Assembly: GCA_963621575.1 (NCBI GenBank) | Contig: CAVFEH010000009.1 | Location: 1,307-65,306 of the forward strand | From: Bacteroidaceae bacterium | GTDB taxonomy: Bacteria; Verrucomicrobiota; Lentisphaeria; Oligosphaerales; Oligosphaeraceae | Reading direction: 5' to 3' | Length of the DNA: 64,000 nucleotides | In this document: positions 39,201 through 56,071 of the stretch, piece by piece | How the letters are laid out: the number at the start of each line of letters is the position of its first letter | Numbering within the stretch: position 1 is the first letter of the stretch | Translations under genes and position numbers: made by a program | Notes under the pieces: model-generated | The model's input: only the letters and a program-made list of their open reading frames with translations | Databases searched by the model: none | Told to the model about the DNA's origin: nothing

Positions 39201-39367
39201 CCCTCCCCGGGGCTCTTGAACGCCTTCAGCAGATCCAGCGGGACCTTTCCCGGGAACTCCAGACGCTCCGGGAGGATGCGCTGCAGTCGCCGGCGCTGCG
39301 CTCCGCTCCGCCACCCCGGAAATACCGCCCTCAGACCCAGGAATATTTCCGGCTCCTCAACCAGTAG
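36263..39367 (+). CDS. Large membrane-anchored protein with a long C-terminal coiled-coil region (possibly DUF4175-like)
   Basis: 1034 aa. The first ~190 aa contain N-terminal TM helices (LVWNLMGLGLLGCVL, LAVALCVATGASVSFLAWLV, WLLLPLLLVALAFFW). The middle is beta-rich. The C-terminal ~500 aa is Arg/Glu/Ala/Leu/Gln-rich and helical, ending ...YRPQTQEYFRLLNQ. The family assignment is from memory only. Confidence 0.6.
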   Translation: MPEQHAPDASRGRTAPSVTRSLVRVLRFQTLWTMLRGLVWNLMGLGLLGCVLADRLREDALAVALCVATGASVSFLAWLVGAQFRRWTLERFCREFRREFPQDHDGLDAALELERRLRRKDPVTSFQREYLEELRERYLAPKTGLLHQHVRLRRRKTRQWLLLPLLLVALAFFWMGRASWRKACAFLGGRPSLTLEFSPGRQVPLHQDVTVVATLRKGATPRGAVRLEFRGRNGGPVHREAMNPAGEGRWRLTLYDLRENLRVRAEDGRAVSWWQSLEVYVPPAPLEVRVVATPPEYTRREIRFFSGFEDLTVVEGEHLRVRCTMPPGEEWGLLQEDGEGVWTPLESPEFFPPRDQARYRPVYRRGEIVRQGAPFAVRVTPDYPPVVERKTPPRDGKTAPGEELFLHCLATDDYGLDEVRLCLAVDDRPETRRALWTPSAGESPREWEGRSTVELGELTPGQVVVGWLEVRDNRHPEANVTRDEPFFLSVEEPFQDDFAAANASGEDSGKKNQRVDVADLLAESKRLLRDTLMLSGQWGNLPLSEARRRQGDLERDLRTLSVGVRGRQTQIAAAAGVAALPRPMAEGFQTASRCLAQAADQAREQLFSDSRLTQQRALAALNRLAWMLAQNTRSMGSGGEGEQNQQGSSSGTEASGGESRELPDSQRGDRQMPLEELKKLLEAVEEMRGELQGLLPELSRDAEPILREQQRRLQELLPRAAALESARSARQAMSDAAEELSGASQALADDAVSEGRQRTERALSALISAQEALRQAQRQEAFLQMERLARQAGELSEKHQSLSGENRRRAQDGASPEERQAARKDQESLEREVERFRREARNSAGSLARGLPQVSDAMNRAGGAAGERIHRAQDRAKKALLYGRYDAAAQSQEDASLALGEWSRNLARALEALPLHGVQELSAALEELSRMRNALIRAGEGRDGDTAAARRQVAEGLGRMGRVLGVPRLVREGEAIGQDSLPGALERLQQIQRDLSRELQTLREDALQSPALRSAPPPRKYRPQTQEYFRLLNQ

Positions 39368-39509
39368 CGCGCCCCCGGGAGTTCCCCGCCGGGGCGTGGG
39401 GCTCTTGAAGATTCGGGAACGGAGGATATATTAAGCGACCTTGCAATTTTCCGGCAATTTCCTCGATTCATACAGATAGTAACCATTTTAGGTCAAGGAG
39501 TTCCTAGCT

Positions 39510-39770
39510 ATGGCACACAAGAAAGGCCAATCCTCCAGCCGCAACGGCCGAGACAGCAACCCCCAGTATCGTGGCGTGAAGGCCTACGGCGGCCAGAAGG
39601 TCACCGCCGGCAGCATCATCATCCGCCAGTGCGGCACCAAGTACTTCGCGGGCAAGAACGCCGGCATGGGCCGCGACTACACTGTCTTCGCCCTGATCGA
39701 CGGCACCGTGGAGTTCATCAAGCACTCCCGCAAGATCAACATCATCCCCCTGGAAGCCGCCGCCGAGTAG
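39510..39770 (+). CDS. rpmA: 50S ribosomal protein L27
   Basis: [69 protein letters not shown] matches L27 from end to end. Confidence 0.96.
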   Translation: MAHKKGQSSSRNGRDSNPQYRGVKAYGGQKVTAGSIIIRQCGTKYFAGKNAGMGRDYTVFALIDGTVEFIKHSRKINIIPLEAAAE

Positions 39771-39828
39771 AAATCCCCGGCCCCCGGCGAAAAGCCATAT
39801 TTCGCCGTTCCAGCGAGAATCGGAGAAA

Positions 39829-39872
39829 GCGTGTCGGCAACCACAGCGGTTTGCCGGCGCGCTTTTTTGTTT
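39829..39872 (+). terminator. Intrinsic terminator after rpmA
   Basis: A GC-rich hairpin (CGGCAA...TTGCCG, extended by GCG/CGC) is followed by TTTTTTGTTT. Confidence 0.6.
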
Positions 39873-39946
39873 CCGGCGGGAAGGGCTGCCACGGACGCTG
39901 GCCTCATTCCGTTCTCCAGGCTGTTTTTCCCTCTTCTTCGTTGTTC

Positions 39947-41275
39947 ATGAAGCGAGTCAGTTTCCATACCCTCGGCTGCCGTTTGAACCAGGCGGATTCG
40001 GCGCAGATGGCCGGCGACCTGGTTTCCCACGGATACACCGTGGTCCCATGGGGGGAACCGGCGGAGGTGTTGGTGATCAACAGCTGTGCGGTGACGGGGG
40101 TGGCCTCCCGGAAAAGCCGTCAGGCGGTTGCCTTTGCGCGGAAGCGACATCCGGAGTCCTTCCTGGTGGTCTGCGGCTGTGCGGCTTCGGATCCGCAGCT
40201 CTTGTCGGGGCGTGGCGCGTGCATGGCGGACTTGCTGGTCCCCAATCCCAAGCCCCGGAGTCTGGCGGCGCTGTTGCCTTCGGATCCCCGCCATGGGGAG
40301 CACGGCTCCTTGGAGCCCATGGCCTCGGAACCACAGTGCCAGGGATTTACGCTGCCCGGCGTGGGCGTCCACGGCGAGCGGAATCGCGCGAATCTGAAGG
40401 TCCAGGATGGCTGCAGCTTCCGTTGCACCTACTGCATTGTGCCCCAGGTGAGGGGACCCGCTTGTTCGCGTTTGTGGTCGGATGTTCTGCGGGAAGCCCG
40501 CGCCCTAGTGGAGCAGGGCTTCCGGGAGCTGGTGCTCACCGGCGTGAACATCGCCACCTATTCCCAGCCGGAGGGCGATTTGGCCGACTTGTTGGAGGCG
40601 ATTCTGAAGATTCCCGGGGAGTTCCGGGTGCGGCTGGGCTCCGTGGAGCCAGGCCCCCGCATGGATCGGGTCATCGATCTCATGGCCGTCGATTCCAGGC
40701 TGTGCCGCTTCCTCCATCTGCCTTTGCAGTATGGGGAGGCGGACATTCTGCGGCGCATGGCCCGCCGGTATACCCTGGAGGAATATGCGCGCACGGTGGA
40801 GTCCGCCTGGAACAAGGTGCCTGGGATCTGCCTGGGCACGGATGTGATGGTGGGCTTCCCCGGCGAGGATGCCCAGGCCTTCCAAAGCTGCCGGGAATAC
40901 CTCCGGAATCTTCCGCTCTCCCTGATGCACGTCTTCTGTTATTCCCCCCGCCCCGGGACCCCCGCCGCAACCTGGCCCAACCGCCCCGCCGCCGCCGTCG
41001 CCCACGCGCGGGCGTCGGCGCTCCTGGCACTGGCCCGGGAAAAGGCTGCGGCTTTTGCCGCCGCCCAAGTCGGAAAAATCCTTCCCGTGTTGCCGGAGGA
41101 GGGCGGCGCCACGCCCCACGGCTGGTCCGACAACTATCTGAAGATCCTTCTTCCCGGATTGCCCGCCTCCACAGACATCAACCGGATTCTCCCTTGCCGC
41201 GTGGGCGCTGTGGTTCCCGGCGGAGATCGGGAGGTCATGGGCACTCTGGCGGAGATGGAAACGCCAGCGGAATAA
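39947..41275 (+). CDS. mtaB: MiaB/MtaB-family radical-SAM tRNA methylthiotransferase
   Basis: MKRVSFHTLGCRLNQADSAQM is the N-terminal UPF0004 domain with its Cys. The radical-SAM motif CSFRCTYC is present, and the C-terminus is TRAM-like. The start is the ATG at 39947; the track ORF begins inside rpmA. Confidence 0.8.
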   Translation: MKRVSFHTLGCRLNQADSAQMAGDLVSHGYTVVPWGEPAEVLVINSCAVTGVASRKSRQAVAFARKRHPESFLVVCGCAASDPQLLSGRGACMADLLVPNPKPRSLAALLPSDPRHGEHGSLEPMASEPQCQGFTLPGVGVHGERNRANLKVQDGCSFRCTYCIVPQVRGPACSRLWSDVLREARALVEQGFRELVLTGVNIATYSQPEGDLADLLEAILKIPGEFRVRLGSVEPGPRMDRVIDLMAVDSRLCRFLHLPLQYGEADILRRMARRYTLEEYARTVESAWNKVPGICLGTDVMVGFPGEDAQAFQSCREYLRNLPLSLMHVFCYSPRPGTPAATWPNRPAAAVAHARASALLALAREKAAAFAAAQVGKILPVLPEEGGATPHGWSDNYLKILLPGLPASTDINRILPCRVGAVVPGGDREVMGTLAEMETPAE

Positions 41276-41322
41276 TTTGTTTGTATCATCATAACCCGTT
41301 TTCTAACAGGAGGAAATAAGGA

Positions 41323-42102
41323 ATGCAAACGGTGCGTCGACAGGAACTGACCGACTATCTGGATTCCCTCTTCCGGGATTTCGCGTGCCCCGAGGATTCC
41401 TCCCGCAACGGACTGCAGGTCCAGGGAAAGGACGATGTGGCGCGAGTCGCCTTCGCAGTGGATGCGCGCCTGGAGACCTTTCGCATGGCCGTGGATGCCG
41501 GCGCGGATCTGCTTTTCTGCCATCATGGAATCCTCTGGGGCGCCGGACTCTCCCGTTTGACAGGCAACGACGGCGAACGAGTCCGGCTCCTCATGAAGAA
41601 CGACCTCTCCCTCTACGCCATGCACCTCCCCCTGGACGCCCACGCCATTCTGGGAAACAATGCCCAGCTGGCCCTGGCACTGGGAATCCCCCTGGAACGA
41701 CAGACGCCTTTCGCCGTCACGCGCGGCATCCCCGCCGGCGTCCAGGGAGACCTCCCCCGGACGACGACGCTGGGGGAACTGACGGAAAGACTCCAGGAGA
41801 TTCAGCAGACTCCTGCGGACTTCTTTGGCGCTCCTGCGGAACGCACCGTGAATCGCATAGCCGTGGTTTCCGGATCCGGCGCGGGGGTCCTGGAGGACGC
41901 CGCCAGCGGCGGCGCGGACGCCTTCATTACCGGCGAACTGGACCACGTGCGCGGCATCCGCGCCCTGGAATTGGGAATGCCCGTGGTGACCGGTGGGCAC
42001 TACGGCACAGAGACTCACGGGCCGAAGGCCGTCATGCGACAGATCCAAGAACGCTTTCCACAACTGGAATGCCTCTGGATTTCCGCCCCCACTGGCCTCT
42101 AG
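41323..42102 (+). CDS. Nif3-family dinuclear metal centre protein (GTP cyclohydrolase 1 type 2 homologue)
   Basis: DNSGLQV-type motif (SRNGLQVQG), then LLFCHHGILWG, then TGELDH...VTGGHYGTE. Confidence 0.83.
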   Translation: MQTVRRQELTDYLDSLFRDFACPEDSSRNGLQVQGKDDVARVAFAVDARLETFRMAVDAGADLLFCHHGILWGAGLSRLTGNDGERVRLLMKNDLSLYAMHLPLDAHAILGNNAQLALALGIPLERQTPFAVTRGIPAGVQGDLPRTTTLGELTERLQEIQQTPADFFGAPAERTVNRIAVVSGSGAGVLEDAASGGADAFITGELDHVRGIRALELGMPVVTGGHYGTETHGPKAVMRQIQERFPQLECLWISAPTGL

Positions 42103-42270
42103 GACAAGCGAAGAGGAGGGGGAGAATCCCTGTTTTTCTGGCTTGTTACCCTGGATTCCTGGGTATTCACTTGGGCGACCCTGGGAGGGGGATGGCGCTC
42201 AAGTGAAGTATTTTCGCGGATTCTTCTGCGTGGAGAGTCGCGCCGCGGGGTGCCAGGGGTGTGTTTTTGA

Positions 42271-45531
<3,261 letters not shown>

Positions 45532-45597
45532 CGCGGAGGCGGACCAGACCCCGGGGCATTCCGGGACATATCCTTCAACCCTTTTCAAATCAGCATT

Positions 45598-48486
45598 ATG
45601 GCAGACGCAAAGAAAACCCAGACCATCCCCCCCGAGGAATGGAGCGCCATCCAGCGCAATGACATTGCCACGGAGGTGAACTCCATCATGCGGGGGGCGT
45701 ACCTCCAGTATTCCGTCTCCGCCAACGTGGGGCGGGCCATTCCCGACGTCCGCGACGGCCTCAAGCCCGGCGCCCGCAGAATCCTCTACGCCATGCTCCG
45801 CGGAGGATTCACCTTCTCCGGCGGACTCAACAAGTGCGCCAAGGTGGTCGGCCTTGTCATCGGCAACTACCACCCCCACGGCGACACCGCAGTCTACGAC
45901 ACCATCGTCCGAATGGCGCAGGACTTCTCCATGCGGGTCCCCCTCATCCTCGGGCACGGCAACTTCGGCTCCATGGACGGGGATGGCGCGGCCGCCTACC
46001 GTTACACCGAATGCAAGATGGAGAAGGCCGGCGAGGCACTTCTGTCGGACTTGGACAAAGAGACTGTGGACATGCGGGAGACCTTCGACGGCAAGGAGAT
46101 GGAGCCCATCGTCCTGCCTGCCGCCTTCCCCAATCTGCTGGTCAACGGTTCCCAGGGCATCGGCGTGGGAATGGCCACCAACGTGCCCAGCCACAACCTG
46201 GGCGAGGCCATCGACGCCGCCGTCGCCATCATCGACAACCCCGACATCACCTTGGAGGAGCTCATGCGGGTCCTTCCCGGCCCCGACTTCCCCACCGGCG
46301 GCGTCATCCACGGATGCAAGGGCATCCGGCAGCTCTACGCCACGGGGCAGGGCGGCATCCGGCTGCGCGGCAAGGCCGAGGTGGCCACCCTCCCCAGCGG
46401 AAAAGACATCATCCGCGTCACCGAGATCCCCTACGGTGTCAACAAGGCTGACATGGTCGCCAAGATTGGCGAGCAGGCGCAGGCCGGCGCCATCCACGGC
46501 GTTTCCAGCATCAACGACTACTCCAGCGACCGGAATGGCGTCATGATTGAGATCGCCCTGAAGCAGGATGCAGTCCCCAATGTGGTCCTCAACGAGATCT
46601 ACCGCAACACCCCCCTGGAGATCACCTATCCTGCGCAGTTCCTGGTGGTGGACCACAATCGCCCCCGCACCATGACCCTCAAGCAGCTCCTGGAGGCCTA
46701 CGTGGACCACCGGGAGCAGGTCATCACCCGGCGCACCCGCTATCTCCTCCGGAAGGCCCTTGAGCGGGACCACATCGTGGAGGGACTTCTCATTGCGCAG
46801 GCGGACATCGACCGGGTCATCCACATCATCCGCGCCGCCAAGGACCGCCAGGACGCCCAGCGCGCCCTCATGGAGAGCTTCACCCTGGACGAGCTCCAGA
46901 CCTCCGCCATCCTCGACATGCGCCTGGCCCAGCTGACCAACCTGGCCGTGGACGAACTCACCGCCGAGCACAACGAACTGCAGAGGCGCATTGCCGAATA
47001 CAGGGATATCCTCTCCTGCCGCAAGAACATCATGGCGGTGGTCCGCAAGGAGCTCCTGGAGACCAAGGAGAAGTTCAATTCACCCCGCCGGACCTTCATT
47101 GAGGCCCACGAGGGCGAGGCGGATCTGGATGGCCTCACCAAGCGCGAGGTCTTCGTGGTCACCCTCTCCAAGCTGGGCTACATCAAGCGCTGCAGCGAGG
47201 AGGAATACGCCGCCCAGAACCGCGGCGGCAGCGGCGTGCGTGGCATGAAGGCCCGGAAGGAGGGCGACACCGTCCAGATGGTGCTCTCCACCCGCAGCCA
47301 CAACGCGCTGCTCTTCTTCACCAACTTCGGACGGGTCTACCGCCTGCGCCGCGCGTATGAGTTGCCCGAGAGCGGACGCGGCGACGGCGGGCGCTTCATC
47401 CACAACGTGCTGCCCCTCATCCACGGAGAAAACGATGAGGAGCGCCGGGAGGAGATCCGCGCCATCCTCTCCGTGGACGAGTCGGATCCCGCCGCCCTGG
47501 CCGGAAAGTCCGTGGTCATGGTCACCCGCGACGGCGTGGTGAAGCGCATGAGCCTGGAGGTCTTCCGCCACATCCCCAAGGCCGGCAAACGCGCCCTGAC
47601 CTTCAAGGACGAGTCCGACGACCTCATCGACGCCCAGATGACCTCCGGCGACAGCCAGATCCTCATCTCCACCGACGCGGGACGGGCCATCCGCTTCCAT
47701 GAAAGCCAGGTCCGCGAGATGGGCGTGGCGGCAGCCGGCGTCCGTGGCATTCTTCTGAAGCCCTGGGTTGACGGGACCCCCTCCCGGGTCGTCTCCATGG
47801 CCGTGGCGGAGTCCCAGGACGAACTTCTGGTGATTACCGCCCAGGGGCAGGGCAAGCGCACTCCCATTGGCGAAGGCGGTCCCGCTCCCGTCGTGTCGGA
47901 GGAGGGCGCCGATGGCGCTGACGAGGGCGCGGAGGGCGCCGCCTCCGCGGAGGAGGAGCCCGTGGAGGAGGTCCCGGAGGAGCCCGTCGAGGGCGTCCAG
48001 GAAGGCGATGCCGAGCGCGTCGTCCGGGACCACTACCGGCAGACCCGCCGCGGCGGACAGGGCGTCATCTCCATCCGGCTGCGTCCCGGCGACCGCGTGG
48101 TGGCGGCGCTGCAGGTGGAGCCCCAGACCCAGAAAAACCTCCTCATGCTCACGCAGATCGGGCAGGCCGTCCGGATTCCCGTGGAGCAGGTCCGGCGCAC
48201 AGGAAGGAACTGCTACGGCGTCCGCGTCATGAAGTTCTCCAAGGACAACGACGCCATCGCCAATGTCTCCCTGGTGGACCACCTTTCCGAGGAGGACAGC
48301 GCCGCCAACTCCGCCCGTCAGGCGGAGGCCGAGGGTCTGGCTGACTTGGCCGCCTCCTTCCAGGCACAGCGCTCTGCCCAGGAGGAGGCCCTCTCCGCAC
48401 AGGAGGAGGAGCGCCTCCGCCAGGCCCAGGAGGCCGTCGAGAACGCCGACGAGCAGTCTGACGGCAACGGCGCAGGCCGCCCGTAG
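45598..48486 (+). CDS. gyrA: DNA gyrase subunit A
   Basis: [42 protein letters not shown] (the QRDR region) and CTD beta-pinwheel repeats are present. It has acidic inserts and an acidic tail. Confidence 0.95.
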   Translation: MADAKKTQTIPPEEWSAIQRNDIATEVNSIMRGAYLQYSVSANVGRAIPDVRDGLKPGARRILYAMLRGGFTFSGGLNKCAKVVGLVIGNYHPHGDTAVYDTIVRMAQDFSMRVPLILGHGNFGSMDGDGAAAYRYTECKMEKAGEALLSDLDKETVDMRETFDGKEMEPIVLPAAFPNLLVNGSQGIGVGMATNVPSHNLGEAIDAAVAIIDNPDITLEELMRVLPGPDFPTGGVIHGCKGIRQLYATGQGGIRLRGKAEVATLPSGKDIIRVTEIPYGVNKADMVAKIGEQAQAGAIHGVSSINDYSSDRNGVMIEIALKQDAVPNVVLNEIYRNTPLEITYPAQFLVVDHNRPRTMTLKQLLEAYVDHREQVITRRTRYLLRKALERDHIVEGLLIAQADIDRVIHIIRAAKDRQDAQRALMESFTLDELQTSAILDMRLAQLTNLAVDELTAEHNELQRRIAEYRDILSCRKNIMAVVRKELLETKEKFNSPRRTFIEAHEGEADLDGLTKREVFVVTLSKLGYIKRCSEEEYAAQNRGGSGVRGMKARKEGDTVQMVLSTRSHNALLFFTNFGRVYRLRRAYELPESGRGDGGRFIHNVLPLIHGENDEERREEIRAILSVDESDPAALAGKSVVMVTRDGVVKRMSLEVFRHIPKAGKRALTFKDESDDLIDAQMTSGDSQILISTDAGRAIRFHESQVREMGVAAAGVRGILLKPWVDGTPSRVVSMAVAESQDELLVITAQGQGKRTPIGEGGPAPVVSEEGADGADEGAEGAASAEEEPVEEVPEEPVEGVQEGDAERVVRDHYRQTRRGGQGVISIRLRPGDRVVAALQVEPQTQKNLLMLTQIGQAVRIPVEQVRRTGRNCYGVRVMKFSKDNDAIANVSLVDHLSEEDSAANSARQAEAEGLADLAASFQAQRSAQEEALSAQEEERLRQAQEAVENADEQSDGNGAGRP

Positions 48487-48580
48487 GCGCGCAATCCACG
48501 GCGCCGCGGAGGAGTTCCCCCCCCGGCGCATCTCCCCGTTTTCCACGAACCTAGAAACCCCTGTTTTTTTCTGGAATCCC

Positions 48581-49996
48581 ATGAAACTCTACCGTACCGA
48601 CCATTGTGTCATTGCCGATCCCTCCCTGGCCCAGGTGGGCCGCCAGGAGATCCTCATGAGCGAGAAGGAGATGCCGGGCCTCATGATGTGCCGGCGCCAA
48701 TATGGGGCCTCCAAGCCCCTGGCCGGCCTCCGTCTCAGCGGAAGCCTCCACATGACCACCGAGACCGCCGTCCTCATTGAGACCCTCGTGGAGCTGGGTG
48801 CGCAGGTCCGCTGGGCCTCCTGCAACATCTTCTCCACCCGCGACTCCGCCGCCGCCGCCGTGGCGGAGCGTGGCGTCTCCGTCTTCGCCTGGAAGGGCGA
48901 GACCCTGAAGGAATACTGGGAGAATACCCTGCTGGCACTCTCCTTTCCCGGTGGAAAGGGCCCCCAGCTCATCGTGGATGACGGCGGCGACGCCACCCTC
49001 ATGGTCCATCTGGGCTACGAGGCGGAGGAGGACCCCTCCATGCTGGAATGGGCCCCCGGGGCCCACGAGGACGAAGTGGAGCTCAAGACCCTCCTGAAGA
49101 AGGTCCTCATGGAGCGTCCCGGTTTCTGGCATGCCGTGGTCTCTGAGTTGAGGGGATGCTCCGAGGAGACCACCACCGGCGTCCATCGTCTTTACCAGCG
49201 CCACAAGGCCGGCAAGCTCCTGGTGCCTGCCATCAACGTCAATGACGCCGTCACCAAGTCCAAGTTCGACAACCTCTACGGCTGCCGGGAATCCCTCATG
49301 GATGGCATCAAGCGCGCCACGGATGTGATGGTGGCTGGCAAGATGGCGGTGATCTGCGGCTATGGTGACGTGGGCAAGGGGTGCGCCCAGGCCATGCGGG
49401 GGCTTGGCGCCCGTGTGGTGGTCACGGAGGTGGATCCCATCTGCGCGCTGCAGGCGGCCATGGAGGGGTACCCCGTTGTGACCCTGGAGGAGGTTGTCTC
49501 CCAGGGCGACATCTTTGTTACCTGCACCGGCAACTGCGACATCATTCGCCGGGATCATTTGGAGGCCATGAAGGACTCCGCCATCGTCTGCAACATCGGA
49601 CACTTCGACAACGAGATCCAGGTGACCGAGCTGAAGCAGGTGCCCGGCATCCGCCACCAGCCCGTGAAGCCCCAGGTGGACAAGTGGATCTTCCCCGATG
49701 GACACTGCATCATCCTTCTGGCCGACGGACGGCTGGTCAATCTGGGATGCGCGACCGGCCATCCCTCTTTTGTCATGAGCTGCTCCTTCACCAATCAGGT
49801 CATGGCGCACCTGAAGCTGGCCTCCGAGAAGCTCCCCGTGGGCGTCTACCTGCTGGACAAGAAGCTGGACGAACAGGTGGCGCGCTTCCATTTGGAGGCC
49901 CTCAATGCGCACTTGAGCACCCTCACCCAGAAGCAGGCCGACTACCTCGGCGTGCCCGTGGAGGGACCCTACAAGGCGGATTTCTACCGCTACTAG
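48581..49996 (+). CDS. ahcY: Adenosylhomocysteinase
   Basis: [43 protein letters not shown] is followed by the NAD-binding motif [13 protein letters not shown]. 471 aa from the ATG at 48581. Confidence 0.95.
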   Translation: MKLYRTDHCVIADPSLAQVGRQEILMSEKEMPGLMMCRRQYGASKPLAGLRLSGSLHMTTETAVLIETLVELGAQVRWASCNIFSTRDSAAAAVAERGVSVFAWKGETLKEYWENTLLALSFPGGKGPQLIVDDGGDATLMVHLGYEAEEDPSMLEWAPGAHEDEVELKTLLKKVLMERPGFWHAVVSELRGCSEETTTGVHRLYQRHKAGKLLVPAINVNDAVTKSKFDNLYGCRESLMDGIKRATDVMVAGKMAVICGYGDVGKGCAQAMRGLGARVVVTEVDPICALQAAMEGYPVVTLEEVVSQGDIFVTCTGNCDIIRRDHLEAMKDSAIVCNIGHFDNEIQVTELKQVPGIRHQPVKPQVDKWIFPDGHCIILLADGRLVNLGCATGHPSFVMSCSFTNQVMAHLKLASEKLPVGVYLLDKKLDEQVARFHLEALNAHLSTLTQKQADYLGVPVEGPYKADFYRY

Positions 49997-50052
49997 GACG
50001 CGTCGCGCGGCACGAGGGGGGAAAGTCCGCTTTTTCTCCAGGGACACTGAAC

Positions 50053-51318
50053 ATGTACGACTTGATTTTGAAAGACGCGCGCCTGTTGGACGGGAGCCTC
50101 CGGGACCTGGCCATCCACGACGGGCGCTTTGCGAAGATCGCCCCGGCGATTTCAGAGGAGGAGGCCCGTGAGGTTTTCGATTGCCACGGCATGGCGATTT
50201 TGCCGCCATTCTGCAATGCCCATACCCACGCGGCCATGGTGCTGTTGCGGGGATACGCCGACGACCTTCCGCTCTTCCCGTGGCTCCAGGAGCACATCTG
50301 GCCTGCGGAAGCACGCCTTGCGGCCGGGGACGTAGTCGCCGGCGTGCGTCTGGCCATCCTGGAGATGATCAAGAGCGGCACGGTCTTCTTCAACGACAGC
50401 TACTTCTTCCTCCCCGAGACCATTGCCGTGGTGGAGGAGATGGGGGTGCGCGCCTGCATCGGACTCACCTGCATGGACGTGGGGGACGCCGCCACCAGGG
50501 AGCGCCGCGACGCCGAGAACCGCGCGGTTCGCCGGAATTATCTGGATGGGCGGTACTCCCGTCGTGTCCGCGTCGCGTATTCTCCCCACGCCATCTACAC
50601 TGTCAACGAGGAGACTCTCCGGCAAATTGCCGAGGAGAGCGCCAAGGACGGCATGCTGGTCCATTCGCATCTCGCCGAGACGGAGCAGGAAGTCCGGGAT
50701 TGCAGGAAGAGCCATGGGGGTCTGACGCCCTTCCAGTATGTCGAGGCCTGCGGGTTGCTGAACGACCGCGCGCGCCTCGCCCATTGTGTCTGGATGACCG
50801 ATGAGGACCGTGAGAAGGCATCCGCCGCCGGCGCGGTGCTGATTCACAATCCCACCAGCAATTTGAAGCTCTGCTCCGGAGTCTTCCAGCATGCCGCCGC
50901 CCAGAAGGCCGGCTGCCGCATTGCCCTGGGCACCGATGGCTGCGCTTCCAACAACGCACATTCTCTCTTCTCCGAGATGAAGGTGGCCGCACTTGCGGGG
51001 AAGATGACTTCGAAGGATCCCACCGTCTGCCCCGCGGAGACCGTCTTCCAGTGGGCGACGAAATCCATGGAATACTTCGTCCCCGATTCCGGGGAGATTG
51101 CCGAGGGGAAGGTGGCCGATGCCATGCTCCTGGATCTCGACCAACCCTACTTGGTGGGCGACTACCACCTGATCTCCAATCTGGTCTATGCCGGCGAGAG
51201 CTCCTGCGTGGATTCCGTCCTCTGCGACGGAAAGCTCCTCATGAGACACCGCCATGTCAATGGCGAGGAAGAGATCCTCCGGGATGCCCGCCGGGTTTGC
51301 GATAAATTCCGCCGATAG
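50053..51318 (+). CDS. mtaD: Amidohydrolase, 5-methylthioadenosine/S-adenosylhomocysteine deaminase-like
   Basis: PFCNAHTHAAMVLLRGYADDLPLFPWLQEHIWPAE, HSHLAET and GTDGCASNN are the MtaD/SsnA-type amidohydrolase motifs. Confidence 0.8.
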   Translation: MYDLILKDARLLDGSLRDLAIHDGRFAKIAPAISEEEAREVFDCHGMAILPPFCNAHTHAAMVLLRGYADDLPLFPWLQEHIWPAEARLAAGDVVAGVRLAILEMIKSGTVFFNDSYFFLPETIAVVEEMGVRACIGLTCMDVGDAATRERRDAENRAVRRNYLDGRYSRRVRVAYSPHAIYTVNEETLRQIAEESAKDGMLVHSHLAETEQEVRDCRKSHGGLTPFQYVEACGLLNDRARLAHCVWMTDEDREKASAAGAVLIHNPTSNLKLCSGVFQHAAAQKAGCRIALGTDGCASNNAHSLFSEMKVAALAGKMTSKDPTVCPAETVFQWATKSMEYFVPDSGEIAEGKVADAMLLDLDQPYLVGDYHLISNLVYAGESSCVDSVLCDGKLLMRHRHVNGEEEILRDARRVCDKFRR

Positions 51319-51341
51319 GCCGGGGGAGGGCGCAAGGCACC

Positions 51342-52244
51342 ATGTCGGTACGCACGCTTCTGGTCTTGGGCCTCTCTCCCGTCTGGGAGCGGGGAGTCTT
51401 TTTTCCGCGGTTCTCCCCAGGCGAGGTGAATCGCGTTGCCGAGCACTGGGAATATCCCGCTGGAAAGGCCACCAATCTCTGCCGCGCAGTGAAATGCCTT
51501 CGTGCGACAGGAGTCCAGACCATCCTCCTTGCGACAGTCGGCGGCATCCGTGGACAGCGCTTCCTGGAGGCTTGCCGAGACGAGGGGCTCTTTTTCCATG
51601 GGGTCCCCTGTTGCGGCGAGACCCGCGTCTGCACCAATATCCTTGTTGCGGGCCAGCCCATGACGGAGATGGTGGAGGAGGCGCCCCCCCTTTCTCCCGA
51701 AGGGCAGGAGAAATTCCTTGGGGCTCTGGAACAGGTTCTCCCGGATGCCGACGGCGTGGCGTTGGCGGGGAACTTCCCGCCGGAGATCCCAGGGGAATTT
51801 CCCCGTAGGATTGCGCAGCTGGTCGCCGCGCGGGGGCTCCCGCTCTTCCTGGATCACTGGCGGCATTTCCCCGTTATGGCACAGGAATGCCCGAAGCGCC
51901 TGGCGCTGAAGATCAACGCGGGGGAATTGCGGAAGATCACGGATGTCCAGGAAATCCCCCGTGCCATGGAGGAACTTTGCCGGAAGCATCCGGGATTGAC
52001 CCTTGGCATTACGGACGGCGCTTCCGAGGGCTGGCTTCTGGCACCGGAGATGGCCTGTCCGGAGTCATTCCCGGTCCCCAGCGTGGAGAATCCCGTGAAC
52101 ACGCTTGGCGCGGGAGACACCGCCTCCGGCGTCTTCTTTGCACAACTCCTGGACGGAAAGACCGCAAAGGACGCCTTCCAAAACGCCCTTCAGGCCGCTT
52201 CGAAATCCTGCCTGACGAGAATCGCGGGGGAGTTCGGCAACTAA
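51342..52244 (+). CDS. PfkB-family carbohydrate/nucleoside kinase (1-phosphofructokinase-like)
   Basis: The N-terminal GKATNLCRAVKCL and C-terminal NTLGAGDTASGVFFAQL (the PfkB signature 2 region) are present. 300 aa. Confidence 0.72.
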   Translation: MSVRTLLVLGLSPVWERGVFFPRFSPGEVNRVAEHWEYPAGKATNLCRAVKCLRATGVQTILLATVGGIRGQRFLEACRDEGLFFHGVPCCGETRVCTNILVAGQPMTEMVEEAPPLSPEGQEKFLGALEQVLPDADGVALAGNFPPEIPGEFPRRIAQLVAARGLPLFLDHWRHFPVMAQECPKRLALKINAGELRKITDVQEIPRAMEELCRKHPGLTLGITDGASEGWLLAPEMACPESFPVPSVENPVNTLGAGDTASGVFFAQLLDGKTAKDAFQNALQAASKSCLTRIAGEFGN

Positions 52245-52268
52245 CACAACGGCGAATATTTCGCATAA

Positions 52269-52316
52269 CGCAAAAGGCCCATCGGCAGGTTTGCCGATGG
52301 GCCTTTTGCGTTGTCG
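52269..52316 (+). terminator. Intrinsic terminator after the PfkB-family gene
   Basis: A perfect 19-bp stem pairs CGCAAAAGGCCCATCGGCA with TGCCGATGGGCCTTTTGCG around a 4-nt loop, with a T-rich 3' side. Confidence 0.6.
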
Positions 52317-52387
52317 CGATGGGCAGGGGGCGCGCAATATTCGCAACAGAAACCGCTTTGACCGTCTTTTTCCACGTTTTTGCGGAA

Positions 52388-52428
52388 AAGAAAAATCCCC
52401 GTCCGGATGAGCCGGGCGGGGATTTCTT
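52388..52428 (-). terminator. Intrinsic terminator after the secretin gene
   Basis: On the - strand, the hairpin AAATCCCCGCCCGGCTCATCCGGACGGGGATTT is followed by TTCTTTTCC. Confidence 0.6.
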
Positions 52429-52474
52429 GCAGGCCACGGTTTTTGTGGACCATGGCCGTCCGTTTGTTCGAGGA

Positions 52475-55912
<3,438 letters not shown>

Positions 55913-56071
55913 GGACTTGCAAGTCGGCCTTGGGACCGCCGCCGGATGGCGTCAGCCCCTCCGCCTCCGTTTGGGGTGGACGAGTGGTTCTGGTTGAGTT
56001 GAATTCAAATGAGAAATGGTCAGGCCTCCCCGCCGTGGCGGAGGAGGGCGCCTGTGCGGGGTGACGCGCGG

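Noticed and set aside
48487-48580. A possible SAH riboswitch upstream of ahcY, suggested by a GC hairpin GCGCCG...CGGCGC with an internal GGAGGAG.
   Set aside because: The order and spacing of elements do not match the SAH-riboswitch consensus as I remember it (GAGGAGCG...CAGGCUCGG...AACGGCGCUC pseudoknot). The hairpin more likely belongs to gyrA termination. An Infernal scan with RF01057 would settle it.
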